Below are positions 30,459-40,598 of a stretch of DNA of 64,000 bases, in pieces. The notes under the pieces are model-generated. The model did no database searches, was not told the DNA's origin, and saw nothing but the letters and a program-made list of their open reading frames with translations. The DNA comes from Trypanosoma brucei. Taxonomy: Eukaryota. Location of the stretch: positions 1,824,001 through 1,888,000 of the forward strand of contig CM000208.1 in assembly GCA_000002445.1 (NCBI GenBank). Direction: 5' to 3'. The position numbers and the translations under genes are program-made. Each line of letters starts with the position of its first letter. Position 1 is the first letter of the stretch.

Positions 30459-33311
30459 CTACAGGTACAGCGACGACGCGAAAACAATATCCCTCTTGAT
30501 GAGCTGAATACCCTTCAGGAATTTGTCGTGCAGCTCCATACACCCAATGGCTGGAGACCGCGCTGCACCTGCCATCTGACGCAACTGCTCCTCAAGGCGA
30601 CGCATCATACGAACGATATCCCCTTCGTAGGCATTAGTTTTGGTCACAATGTCCGAAAACTTTGCTCCTTTTGCCCACAAATAAGTAACTTCCATGAGCG
30701 AAGGCATCGTCTTTTCAACACTTGTATTTTCCTGTGTAATACCGCTTTCAATGCTCAGTGTCGCTATGCGGTTGACGATCTCGTTAAGGTCATTTAAAGG
30801 TTGTCTGAACTCTTCAGGTAGCGAGAAACCATCGGGAGTTCGGTGGACATTCACCAAACAAGACATCAGTGCAACAATCATTTCAGTCTCCATAGAGTTT
30901 AGTACACCTTTGAAGAGCAACTCCGTGAGAAGTAGCTCGTTCTCATCCGACGTCGTGATCTCACATGCCACGCGTGCTTTGCGCAAAATAATGTTATCCT
31001 TGTCGATATAATCCAACCGCCGCAGCACACGCATCATCTTCTTAAGCTCATCAGAGAATATAGCCTGTGTTACCTGGTCAAGCTCCTGTTTGATGGCGTC
31101 CAGTTCCCTCTCAAGATTAGCACGCTTTTTGAAAGACTCGTAATCGGCTTCTAACGCTTCTGTTGGGTTGCACACAAGTTCACATTTTTGTACCTGCTTC
31201 TCTATGTTTCCCAACTGCTCGCATAACTTTTTAAACTTCGGGTCCTTCACTCCCAACTCCTCGCTTGTGAGTAGCGGGACATCATCCCCATGGTTTTTGT
31301 ATAATTTCTCCAAACTTTGTATCACCTCTGCACGGCTTGATGCCGAGTCAAGGTCGGCTGGGAGATTTACCCGGAAGCGGGAGACAGCCTCGATGTCGGT
31401 AAAATCAAACGTTACGGTGTACAAATCCGCCGTATTAATAGTGTGGTCCTTGACGTGGCATGGCACCAGCTGAGTCGGTTGCGATGGATCAGCCTTGCGG
31501 CAAATAACCAAAGCATCCACAGAAAAAGAGGACGGGTCCTTCTCGTCAGCATTAGAAGTTTTTGCTCGAGATGAACGGCAGATACCCCAGTTAAACAAGG
31601 CTCCGTCTGTCGAACGTCGAATGCGGAGGAGTCGGCCAGTATTGGTGAATCTTCTGATAAAAACAGGCTGTTTCAGAAAGTCGCCAATTTGCTTACGCTT
31701 CTTTTCGAGTTGCTCCTGGCAGTGGGCGTATTGACGGAACATTTCCTCGTGCTCCACACAAATCGAAGTGATATCCTTCGTCAACTCTTCTGCCTTCATC
31801 TCCAGCGCCGGCCGGTTACGTAGTCGCTGAAACTGAGCGAAACTGCGCCGCATCATAAACTCTGGGTCTACATCCTCCACGCGAAGCAAGTTGAGCACCA
31901 TATTGTACGTGAGGTGAAAACTGCTATTTAGCACGTCAGCACCTCCACCGGTGACCTGCTTCAGAATCTCCGGCTCCACTGCTTCGTCAACCATCGCTAT
32001 AACAACGCCCACACGATCCAAACCGCGGCGCCCCGCACGACCGGACATTTGGATGTATTCACCACCTGTGAGGTACCGGTTTGTCTCCCCATCAAACTTT
32101 TTAACGGAAGTGAAGACAACTGTGCGGGCGGGCATGTTTAGCCCCATCGAAAAAGTTTCAGTGGAGAACAGCACCTTTACAAGGCCCGCCTGAAAAAGTA
32201 TTTCCACGACCTCCTTCAAAATCGGCAACAAACCTGAGTGATGAATCCCAACACCACGTTTCAGCAGCGGCAGTAGGTGTTCAATCGCTGGGAGTTTCCT
32301 GTCCTCAGTCGCAAGGCACTCCATCGCATTGTTGAACACCTCCGTAACAAGCGCATCCTCTTCCGTATTATTAAAATTTAGCTTGGAAAGGGCTAGTGCG
32401 TTACGCTCACATTCAGCTTTCGCAAATGAAAAAACAATAATAGGGTACATGTTGCGGTTCATCACGAGCTTGATAATCTCCATAATGGGCTCTGTTGACT
32501 TCCGCATTGACCTTTGCTTCCCACGCGAAGCGGCCGCAACCTCTGTTGACTCCGCACCATTGGCATCACCACCTTTATTACCAGCACCAACTGATGCCAT
32601 AGCACGCCTGAAATTGTCTTCACGAAATTTTCCGAGCTCGTCGACAATTAGAAATATACCATCGGCACCACATGGGTACACGTAGTGATGCAGCGGGACC
32701 GGCCGATAATCAGTGTGAATTACATGCACCTTGGTGCCGGGGTGAATACTCTCGACCCATTCCGCAAACTCCCTGGCATTTGGAATAGTTGCCGAAAGGA
32801 AAACGTACTGGCAGCCCTCGGGCAACAAACTTATAGTCTCCTCCCACACCACCCCGCGTGACTTGTCCCTCATGTAGTGTACCTCGTCGAATACAACGCA
32901 CCCAACCTCACGAAGCATCTCAGTTCCGCGGTACAGCATACTGCGCAGAATCTCTGTGGTCATGACTAAGCAGTCCGAATCTACTTTTATGGTTGTATCG
33001 CCCGTCATAAGCCCGACGGAGTCAAACTTGTCTGTGAATTCTCTGAACTTCTGATTGCTGAGCGCCTTGATAGGTGAAGTGTAAATAACTCGCTTTTTCT
33101 CCCGCACTGCTTTGGCGATGGCGTAAAGCGCCACTGTCGTCTTTCCAGCGGAGGTATGGGCAGACACAAGAACACTGTCGCCGTTCTCAAGCGCATTTAT
33201 GCTATCCCTCTGGAACGCGTCCAACTCGTACGGAAACGTCATGGCGGGAACGGTCTCGTGCCGGCATCGCTTCACACACGGCTCACCATCCACGGGTATG
33301 TCATCCTGCAT
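30459..33311 (-). CDS. MTR4: Ski2-like DExH-box RNA helicase, MTR4 type (nuclear exosome cofactor)
   Basis: 950 aa. Motif I SAHTSAGKTTVA, DEVH box (VVFDEVHYMRD), SAT, HHSGLLP, QMSGRAGRRG. Arch/KOW-like middle region and C-terminal DSHCT-like region (VKVLRRLDYIDKDNIILRKARVACEI...). Size and architecture fit Mtr4 better than Ski2. Confidence 0.85.
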   Translation of the reverse strand: MQDDIPVDGEPCVKRCRHETVPAMTFPYELDAFQRDSINALENGDSVLVSAHTSAGKTTVALYAIAKAVREKKRVIYTSPIKALSNQKFREFTDKFDSVGLMTGDTTIKVDSDCLVMTTEILRSMLYRGTEMLREVGCVVFDEVHYMRDKSRGVVWEETISLLPEGCQYVFLSATIPNAREFAEWVESIHPGTKVHVIHTDYRPVPLHHYVYPCGADGIFLIVDELGKFREDNFRRAMASVGAGNKGGDANGAESTEVAAASRGKQRSMRKSTEPIMEIIKLVMNRNMYPIIVFSFAKAECERNALALSKLNFNNTEEDALVTEVFNNAMECLATEDRKLPAIEHLLPLLKRGVGIHHSGLLPILKEVVEILFQAGLVKVLFSTETFSMGLNMPARTVVFTSVKKFDGETNRYLTGGEYIQMSGRAGRRGLDRVGVVIAMVDEAVEPEILKQVTGGGADVLNSSFHLTYNMVLNLLRVEDVDPEFMMRRSFAQFQRLRNRPALEMKAEELTKDITSICVEHEEMFRQYAHCQEQLEKKRKQIGDFLKQPVFIRRFTNTGRLLRIRRSTDGALFNWGICRSSRAKTSNADEKDPSSFSVDALVICRKADPSQPTQLVPCHVKDHTINTADLYTVTFDFTDIEAVSRFRVNLPADLDSASSRAEVIQSLEKLYKNHGDDVPLLTSEELGVKDPKFKKLCEQLGNIEKQVQKCELVCNPTEALEADYESFKKRANLERELDAIKQELDQVTQAIFSDELKKMMRVLRRLDYIDKDNIILRKARVACEITTSDENELLLTELLFKGVLNSMETEMIVALMSCLVNVHRTPDGFSLPEEFRQPLNDLNEIVNRIATLSIESGITQENTSVEKTMPSLMEVTYLWAKGAKFSDIVTKTNAYEGDIVRMMRRLEEQLRQMAGAARSPAIGCMELHDKFLKGIQLIKRDIVFASSLYL

Positions 33312-33534
33312 ATTCTTTGGTATTCCTTCCTGTGAGTGCTATTAGATCGGGGGGGGGGGTAAAATTTAAATAAGACAACATAGAACCTGAAAACACAGAG
33401 ACACCGAAAGCGTGCTACGCAGCCACACCTCTCCTGAAGATGGAGAGTGCGACATGGCAATATATGACCTCGGATATGGGCTCCTGCAGATTATGAGCTA
33501 AGCAACTGTACGAATGTGGTGTTACGTAATGTTG

Positions 33535-34293
33535 TTACTCGATGTTACCTAAATTCGCTTGCAATCGGAGAACCGTAGCGGCGTGCTCCTCCAGCGGACC
33601 CCGAAGCGCGGTTTCAAACACGTCAGTCGAGGCTTTCTGCGCCACTTTTACAAGTCTGGTAATTACTTCCGGCGCGAGACGGCTATTCGACTCCATCCAC
33701 ACTATGTTAGTGGGATCGTGTCCCTGCACCGTTATGCATATAGAGGGGCATTGCGAGTGTATTTCCTCTGTGGTGAGGTCCACAACGTCAAAGCCCTCTA
33801 TCAGCCCCACTGTTTGCGTGTACACAACATCCTTCATGGCAATGCTTGCATCGATAAGGGCCAAACACGCTGCATTGATACAAGCAGCCTTGTCACTACC
33901 ATCCTGTTTAAGCACCTCAATGCAAATGTGAATCTGTGAGTTTGGATACTGCGATAACAACACAACAGAGCGAGCAACATCCAGTACTGATGCGCTAATA
34001 TCCTCAGAGAGCCTTGAGTACCGCTGCTGTTCGCGCCTGCGCTCTCCGGCGAAGGCAGCGACAACAACATCACAGGTTATTGTCACCTCATTATATTTCC
34101 CCTCCAAGCGGTTGGAAACTTCCCTGGGACCGTAAACAGTGGCACAGACATGCGATAGTCCACTCACCACCGTACAGCAGCCGTCGCAGCCTGAAATCTT
34201 CCCGAACTCTAACGCTAGCCGCCGCGGCTCGTTTGGTCGGCGCCCGTCCAAGCGTAGCCCAGCGGGATTGATGTACTCCTTAATCACAGGCAT
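33535..34293 (-). CDS. RRP41: Exosome RNase PH-like ring subunit (RRP41-like)
   Basis: 252 aa. PAGLRLDGRRPNEPRRLALEFG ... DGCCTVVSGLSHVCATVYGPRE matches the RRP41 signature G(L)R.DGR...E.R. Which trypanosome RNase PH paralogue this is cannot be settled by eye. Confidence 0.75.
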   Translation of the reverse strand: MPVIKEYINPAGLRLDGRRPNEPRRLALEFGKISGCDGCCTVVSGLSHVCATVYGPREVSNRLEGKYNEVTITCDVVVAAFAGERRREQQRYSRLSEDISASVLDVARSVVLLSQYPNSQIHICIEVLKQDGSDKAACINAACLALIDASIAMKDVVYTQTVGLIEGFDVVDLTTEEIHSQCPSICITVQGHDPTNIVWMESNSRLAPEVITRLVKVAQKASTDVFETALRGPLEEHAATVLRLQANLGNIE

Positions 34294-35349
34294 ACACCTT
34301 CACAGCAAAGAAGCACCACTCTAGTTGTCCCCCTCCTTACAACACACAAGCGATTCAGTAAACACGACGAAGCAAAAAAAAGGAACGATGTGAATAACCA
34401 CCAGCAAAGGGGGGGGGACAAAACGGCAGCCGAGTCGAAAATGACGAATAAACAGATATACCTACAGTATCACTGGCACCATTCATAGCCAGGGAACTGC
34501 CATCTCACCCCCTCCACACTAGGCCCCCACGCTAACGACACATCCGCTCACGCAAATCTCTCCACAGAAGACCCCGTGCTCACTCGAGAAAAACACAGAG
34601 GACCTCTCAAATTCCGAGAATAGTGCGGTGATATACACTCCAAACTCCTGACAAATCGCATTGTGCATCACAACCTTTAGTGGAAGAATTATGACACCAC
34701 AAAATAGGGCGTCCAACTGCGTGCACAACCCACATGAGCGCGTGGAAGAAAGCTCAAAGGGAAGCAGAGAGCATTTACGCACTGGCAGTGGTCTCACCCA
34801 TGATAATTTGCAGAAAAAAACGGTACTTGGTGCAACCCCACCATCTTGCTCACAGCAGTGAGCGATACAGCAACAAACCAACCACAGTTCCTCAGCATAT
34901 ACTACACCGTTTAAACACGTTGGACACCTAACATTCAATGTCGCCATGGTAGGTGGTGGTTTTGCGTTGTCGCGGAATGCAGGCGTCTACCACACAAACG
35001 GGTAGAGAAAGCGAGTAACATGGGCCGTCTGAGCTTTCGAGAACGCACAACCACAGCACAATCGATGTCGATTCACGATTGCAAGAAAGGAACAACCCCC
35101 GGTGTTGCACACCCCATCACTTGAAGCAACAAACATCGGAAGAGACCAAGTGAAGGGTTCGAATTGATCTACTCACAGCAGCAACGAGAACAGCGTGCTC
35201 ACCAATGCCTCTGAAGTCCAAGCAGGAGATTATTTAGTTACCAAAAGTTGAGTGTAAGAAAGGAACGAGATAGGGAACAAACAAAAGGGAGAAAAGAATA
35301 ACCGCCCTAGCGACGGAACAAACTCCCACCCCCTTTGGAAGCGGTCACA

Positions 35350-35703
35350 TCAATCCTCGGCCTTGACCTCCGCAGAAGCACTGGCAATATTGCGGCTATA
35401 TTCCGCCTTCATCTCACGTCGTCGCTTCCGCCGCTCTAGCGCCCTACGATCTCTGGTCTCATCGTACACCGACACTCTAAGATGTCTATCCCTGTCCACC
35501 TTAAAGTCATGCAACGCCTCCAGGGCAGCTGATGCGGCCTCGCACAGCTCATATACAACAATAGCACACCCTTTCGTGGAAGCGTCGCTCCCTATTCGTA
35601 ACTGCTGGATTGTACCGTAGTTTCCAAATACCTTGTAAAGTTCCTCACCACGACACAGCTTTGTGGGAATCCCCGTTACAAGGAGAATTCGCTCATCGGA
35701 CAT
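35350..35703 (-). CDS. SF3B6: SF3b14a / p14 (SF3B6) RRM protein of the SF3b splicing complex
   Basis: ILLVTGIPTKLCRGEELYKVFGNYGTIQQLRIGSDASTKGCAIVVYE aligns with human p14 [46 protein letters not shown]. Start reassigned to MSDERILLV (rc ATG at 35703). The track ORF extends to 35859. Confidence 0.8.
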   Translation of the reverse strand: MSDERILLVTGIPTKLCRGEELYKVFGNYGTIQQLRIGSDASTKGCAIVVYELCEAASAALEALHDFKVDRDRHLRVSVYDETRDRRALERRKRRREMKAEYSRNIASASAEVKAED

Positions 35704-36440
35704 TCGCTCTCGAATACCTTCAAGGAAATCTGAAACCAATAGAATTAGAATGAGAGAATTAAGACGCTGAGACATTAGGGGAAATATTCTCCAGAGGGGC
35801 ATCAAATGTGTTGGAGAGGGGCCACCCAGGGATCCCTCATGTTCTTTCCTATAGCGCACTACGCAGGTTCACTATACCCATCAACCTGGATATACTTTGC
35901 GAGGTGCCACCATCAGATGTGTATTAGTGAACTGGTTCACCAATACCCGCAAGTTCCCACACATACACATAGGGTGCGTTGGCAACCTGCAGCGCATATC
36001 GCCTTGGTGCTGAGCAAGTTTCCATGCCCTGAACTTCACTTACACCTTGTCGAGGTTTGCATCATCCGAAATGGTCACACCTTGCCCCCGAACCTCACTT
36101 AGTTTCCATCGCAGCAGTAGCGAACTCATACATAGAGTGGTAGCCTCGATCAGACCGCGATCAGCAGCTAGCTTGCATGACCGATAGGGGAAGTGGGGAA
36201 GCAGTCGACATGATCTCCCTGTAATCACAACCTACAGGAATCATTTTTCAGGCATGCAAAGGGTTAGTTGGTTGTTCAGGGATTTTCTGAGTGCTCATGT
36301 AAAATCCCCATTGCTTCTTGCCCCATACCCCCTTTTCTGCAAATCGAAATCTGACAATTTCGACATGACAGTCCGTTGTCAACGTACCAACCAGTGACGA
36401 AGGCCGCTTCACGGAAACCAGTCAGCTATGGCACTCGAGA

Positions 36441-37031
36441 TCAGAACAACAGTTCGGATAAAGAAGAGATGCTCGTCATCGCTGAACCCGTTGCACTGGA
36501 ACCCACCAGAACAACGTTGGGTAAGACAAGACTTAAAAATTCCGCCTGTGCAGAGTCATGTGTAACTAGAATAGCCGGTTTGATTTGCCGACTAAACGCC
36601 TCATACCCCTTTTCCGTTTCGCAGAAAAGAATATTATGTCGTGCGAGTTGCGGTATATCCTTCACCATCGAAAGAACCTTACCTTTCTCATTAGCATTGC
36701 TAATGTGACACATAAGATAAACGATCATATTGGATGATAATGCCAGAAGCGTTTCCTTAGCGCAATCCCTCCATTCGTGTTTCTCCACCAAAGTCTCCCA
36801 AGAAATACAGATTGTACGGCCACTGAACTCTCCCAGGTGAATCCTTCTAAGGAAAGAGGCTCCATGCTTCTTTGGAGTTGGTGGTGGTGACTCACGTCGT
36901 CGGTCCTGATGGTCGTTTCTCGTCAGAAACATATAAAATGAGACAGCACCGACAAAAACAGTGATGGCCATTAAGGCATTTGAGTCGAGCATTTCGTTCC
37001 ATATAGTTTCAAACAGAGGTTTGCGATGCAT
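36441..37031 (-). CDS. Hypothetical N-terminally membrane-anchored protein
   Basis: 196 aa. One hydrophobic segment (ALMAITVFVGAVSFYMFL) near the N-terminus, then a soluble alpha/beta-looking domain. No confident family; a Pex22-like fold is only a guess. Confidence 0.4.
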   Translation of the reverse strand: MHRKPLFETIWNEMLDSNALMAITVFVGAVSFYMFLTRNDHQDRRRESPPPTPKKHGASFLRRIHLGEFSGRTICISWETLVEKHEWRDCAKETLLALSSNMIVYLMCHISNANEKGKVLSMVKDIPQLARHNILFCETEKGYEAFSRQIKPAILVTHDSAQAEFLSLVLPNVVLVGSSATGSAMTSISSLSELLF

Positions 37032-37242
37032 ATATATATCGTGTTAAAGCAACCCTATCCTTCTTCTGTCTCTTATTATCGCTGGGACGATAAGAAGCCA
37101 AGGGAAATGATATACAATATGTGGAAGAAGCAAATAAAAAATAATCTGCAAAAGTAAAGCTGCCTTCTGCCAGCTGGAAGCGCGGAAACAAAGAAAGAAA
37201 CTTAGCAAAACTTCGACAAGGTGCCGCACAACCGTGCCATGG

Positions 37243-39378
37243 TCAAGCTTCGTAGACGTAGATGTCGGGTCTGCTCCCCCGAGATATCAATCCTTTGTTG
37301 ATAAGTATCTCCAAATTTTGTTTGATATGGGCCATCACCGGCGTGATCCTGCTTCCCTTTAGAGCCTCAGCCACTTGGGTAAACATTTCACCGTGAGAAA
37401 GAGTTTTGTTACGTTTCACTATTTGCATCAACACTGCTTGGATACTCTCTGCATGAGTAGTCTCTGACGCCACCTGAGTAACCCGCACCTCCGCACTAGC
37501 TTTCACTGTTCTGTTTCCACCTACATTTCCTATCCGAAGCTTTGTCCTGTGGTGCGCAAAATGCTTATTGAATATGAATCGTGACAGCCCACCGGAGGGA
37601 ACATTACTAATCAAACCAGTGTTTACAAGAGCCTCCAGCTGAGGCAACACATCCGTCTCAATCATTTTCGTCTTGTTGCAAATGTCTTTTACTGTCAGTG
37701 GTTCGTCGATACCGCCACAGCTCTGAAAGCAAAGTATAGTGTTCACGAAAGACGTTGGTGCTGCGAGCTCATACACTTCCTTGTGGTTAAGTGTAAAGCA
37801 TATCGTCCCACAACCGGTGTGGAAACTAAGAACCCTGCCATTGTGATGAGGAATATAATACGCCTGAAACAAACTCACACACTGCTGCATGCATTCGGGA
37901 AGGTTAATCTCGAAGCCGGGATAGATTGGCCACACACCTGCGGTGATAACCGTGACATCAAAACTCAACGGTAACTGGACGTCTGGAGAAAGAGAACTGA
38001 GGAAACCTCTGTTTATTTCAGTCCGCATCCTACCGTCCTTAATCATGACGTCAAGATGGTTAGCGACAGAGTCTCCACATTCACTCCGAAGATGCTCAAC
38101 GAAGATAATTTCATGTACAAGTGAATCGTTTGGCTTACAGTTGATGAGCCTTGCCGCCAGAAGCAGCTTAAAGGTTTGCTCAAATGATTCCTTTGATCTG
38201 AGAAGTCGATAAAGACTGAAGGTATCAGCAGCCACTTGATCCATCGAATCGTGTGTACCCCTTGATCTGGCTTTGACATCGTAATAATACGCCAGTTTCG
38301 TTGAAAAATCAGGGCATTCATTCACAATTTCTGCAAGGGCCCGTACTATTGGCGGTTTGTCACCTCTTAATGCACCAGGAAGCTTCTCCACGAGTTGTTG
38401 GAGATTGTTTCTCAGAGTTAACACTTTCCCCACGGCTGCCACAGGGTCTTCATTCTCAACTTCACTCAGCAGTTCACAACCCACTGCCTTCGTAGTTGAA
38501 ATCAACATCTCCAAAAGGGCATCGGTTTCACCAACCGTTACGAGAGCATCAGCCAGCCTTCCCAAAGATGCTGAGTTCATTTTCCTGACCATAGTTGAGC
38601 CGCCACCCGAACAGCTGTAGAGGAGCTTTTGCGTATTTTCTTTGATAAGCAACCCTCTCATGTGCTGCCTGACTGCCTGATCCATACTGTCACCAACAAG
38701 CTTAGAGACATCAGACTGTACCTGACCAACCGTAGTCAGAGCCCAGGTAAGATAGCCGTCAACATCTAAGGAGTCTAGCTTCAGTTCCATTTCCCCCTTA
38801 TACTTCGCCGTCAAAACTTCAAGGAGGGGCCGCTCCACAAGGGGTTCAAAGATTGTGTCCCTGTATAACTCACGAAGTTTGCTAGTCAAACACTTCAAGG
38901 ACTTCTGAGATGCAAAGCCAAACTCCAGGCTTTGGCGAACACTGCTGACGAAAGTGTTGGAGATAACTTCATTTTTCAGCACTCCTGCGTAAAAAAGACT
39001 CTCTCCCATCTGTGAAATTGTTTTCTGGTTGTTTGTATAATTTTTATCGAGGTAAAACAGTGCATCACTGATGCGACGAAGCGCAGCGCTAAAATCTTCC
39101 CACTGAGTTTCAAGATCTTGAAGAAGAGCGGAGTCAGTCGACGTGAGCAATTGCTCACGTATAATTGTGACCTCTTTTGAAAGTGCATGGTGGAGAAGAT
39201 CAAAAAGAGTACCACTCCGCTGAGTTTGGCACATCTGAAAAACTGAATGGTGAACCTGTTGAAAGGAGTATTTCGATAACGATTTTTTGAATATAGCATT
39301 AACGGCATCACTGATCACGCACCATTTCTCCTCGGTTGACACATCATGAAGCAACAGCGCAGCGTCCAACATCAGCAA
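37243..39378 (-). CDS. Cullin-family protein
   Basis: 711 aa. C-terminal cullin-homology and neddylation winged-helix region (...IQAVLMQIVKRNKTLSHGEMFTQVAEALKGSRITPVMAHIKQNLEILINKGLISRGSRPDIYVYEA). The VRIMK...IE.LI....L.R......Y.Y.A pattern is conserved. Confidence 0.8.
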   Translation of the reverse strand: MLMLDAALLLHDVSTEEKWCVISDAVNAIFKKSLSKYSFQQVHHSVFQMCQTQRSGTLFDLLHHALSKEVTIIREQLLTSTDSALLQDLETQWEDFSAALRRISDALFYLDKNYTNNQKTISQMGESLFYAGVLKNEVISNTFVSSVRQSLEFGFASQKSLKCLTSKLRELYRDTIFEPLVERPLLEVLTAKYKGEMELKLDSLDVDGYLTWALTTVGQVQSDVSKLVGDSMDQAVRQHMRGLLIKENTQKLLYSCSGGGSTMVRKMNSASLGRLADALVTVGETDALLEMLISTTKAVGCELLSEVENEDPVAAVGKVLTLRNNLQQLVEKLPGALRGDKPPIVRALAEIVNECPDFSTKLAYYYDVKARSRGTHDSMDQVAADTFSLYRLLRSKESFEQTFKLLLAARLINCKPNDSLVHEIIFVEHLRSECGDSVANHLDVMIKDGRMRTEINRGFLSSLSPDVQLPLSFDVTVITAGVWPIYPGFEINLPECMQQCVSLFQAYYIPHHNGRVLSFHTGCGTICFTLNHKEVYELAAPTSFVNTILCFQSCGGIDEPLTVKDICNKTKMIETDVLPQLEALVNTGLISNVPSGGLSRFIFNKHFAHHRTKLRIGNVGGNRTVKASAEVRVTQVASETTHAESIQAVLMQIVKRNKTLSHGEMFTQVAEALKGSRITPVMAHIKQNLEILINKGLISRGSRPDIYVYEA

Positions 39379-39695
39379 ACCCCTACTCTATATATCTGTC
39401 ACAATGTTAACAGGAAGAGAAGTAACCTAAACAACCGAGAAACAGAAATAGCAGAACGTTCACAGGACTTGGACTAGAGGGGCCGCACACAAGGCGCCTT
39501 TATTAGTCGATCACCTTAAAATATCGTGAATAAGTTAGTTCCCTCCTTTTATTATTACCTGTTCGCCACTTAATTTTTTCTCGAAATGTTGTGTCGTAGG
39601 CCGTTTCATTTAGCCTCCATTTTCTTTCCTTTCCTCATCCATAACTTTCGATCAACATTGCACATTATATCATTCCGTTCTTATTCACAACATTA

Positions 39696-40598
39696 TTATT
39701 GTTGTACTGCTTTCTTCATAGAGCGATACACCCCTACGACAACTGCGTGGTCTCTTTCAAACGGTTCCAGTGAGGCTTGCTCCAGTGGCTTCAGACGGTC
39801 CTTTCTCAACTTATCAAGTTCAGCTGCGATAACCACGGGAGCATCGAGGGTTGAGTCGATACAGTTGGCTTTGATAGAAATTACGTAATGACCACCATTC
39901 TTAAGAAATGCCTGAGCATTTAACGCGAGAATCCGGGCCTGATCAGGTTGGGCAACATCCATGAAAATGCAGTCCACCATCGGCATCAGCATACGGTATT
40001 TCATTGGGTAACGAGCGTCCTCTATTATAGGAACGATGTTAGGCCTTCTCTTCGACATATCAACGAGGTCACGACCACTTCGGTTGGAGAACTCTACCGC
40101 GTAAACCATTCCTTCAGGTCCAACAAGATCGCTCACGTGGCTCACAGTCGTGCCGCTGGCGGCCCCCAGGTACAACACCTTTGAGCCAGGTTTCATGTGG
40201 ATGCTCCCTACTCCCGCATAAATGGCGGCAGCAAGCTTTGACCGGTATGGATTCCAAAGCCGATACTCCTTTTTCTCGTCACCACTCTGTGTTGCCCCTA
40301 CTTCTACACGCTTTTCCCCGTATACTGACACTCCAGGAACCATATTAAGCGTGCATAGTGAATCCGCTTTACCCTTAGAAATAAAGACACCGGGATGCAA
40401 CAAATGGGGTTCAACGACAACTTTGGCTCCAGCACCCCCACCACGACCCCCTCCACCACGGCCACCGCGGCCGTGGGGTCCAGCGTTACCGCCCCTTCCA
40501 CCTCCTCGTCCAGCGCCACCCCGACCACGGCTTGGTGCACCGCCACCTCTTCCGCCTCGGAATCCACTACCGCCTCCACGTCCAAACCCACCTCGCAT
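39696..40598 (-). CDS. NOP1: Fibrillarin (NOP1), box C/D snoRNP 2'-O-methyltransferase
   Basis: N-terminal GAR domain ([20 protein letters not shown]...), then a fibrillarin fold ([19 protein letters not shown]; [32 protein letters not shown]; IIEDARYP; [10 protein letters not shown]). Confidence 0.93.
   Translation of the reverse strand: MRGGFGRGGGSGFRGGRGGGAPSRGRGGAGRGGGRGGNAGPHGRGGRGGGGRGGGAGAKVVVEPHLLHPGVFISKGKADSLCTLNMVPGVSVYGEKRVEVGATQSGDEKKEYRLWNPYRSKLAAAIYAGVGSIHMKPGSKVLYLGAASGTTVSHVSDLVGPEGMVYAVEFSNRSGRDLVDMSKRRPNIVPIIEDARYPMKYRMLMPMVDCIFMDVAQPDQARILALNAQAFLKNGGHYVISIKANCIDSTLDAPVVIAAELDKLRKDRLKPLEQASLEPFERDHAVVVGVYRSMKKAVQQ

Noticed and set aside
34519-34947. 142-aa Cys-rich minus-strand ORF between RRP41 and the p14 gene
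   Set aside because: No domain, odd composition, and it sits in what looks like UTR. Most likely non-coding. Not reported as a gene.
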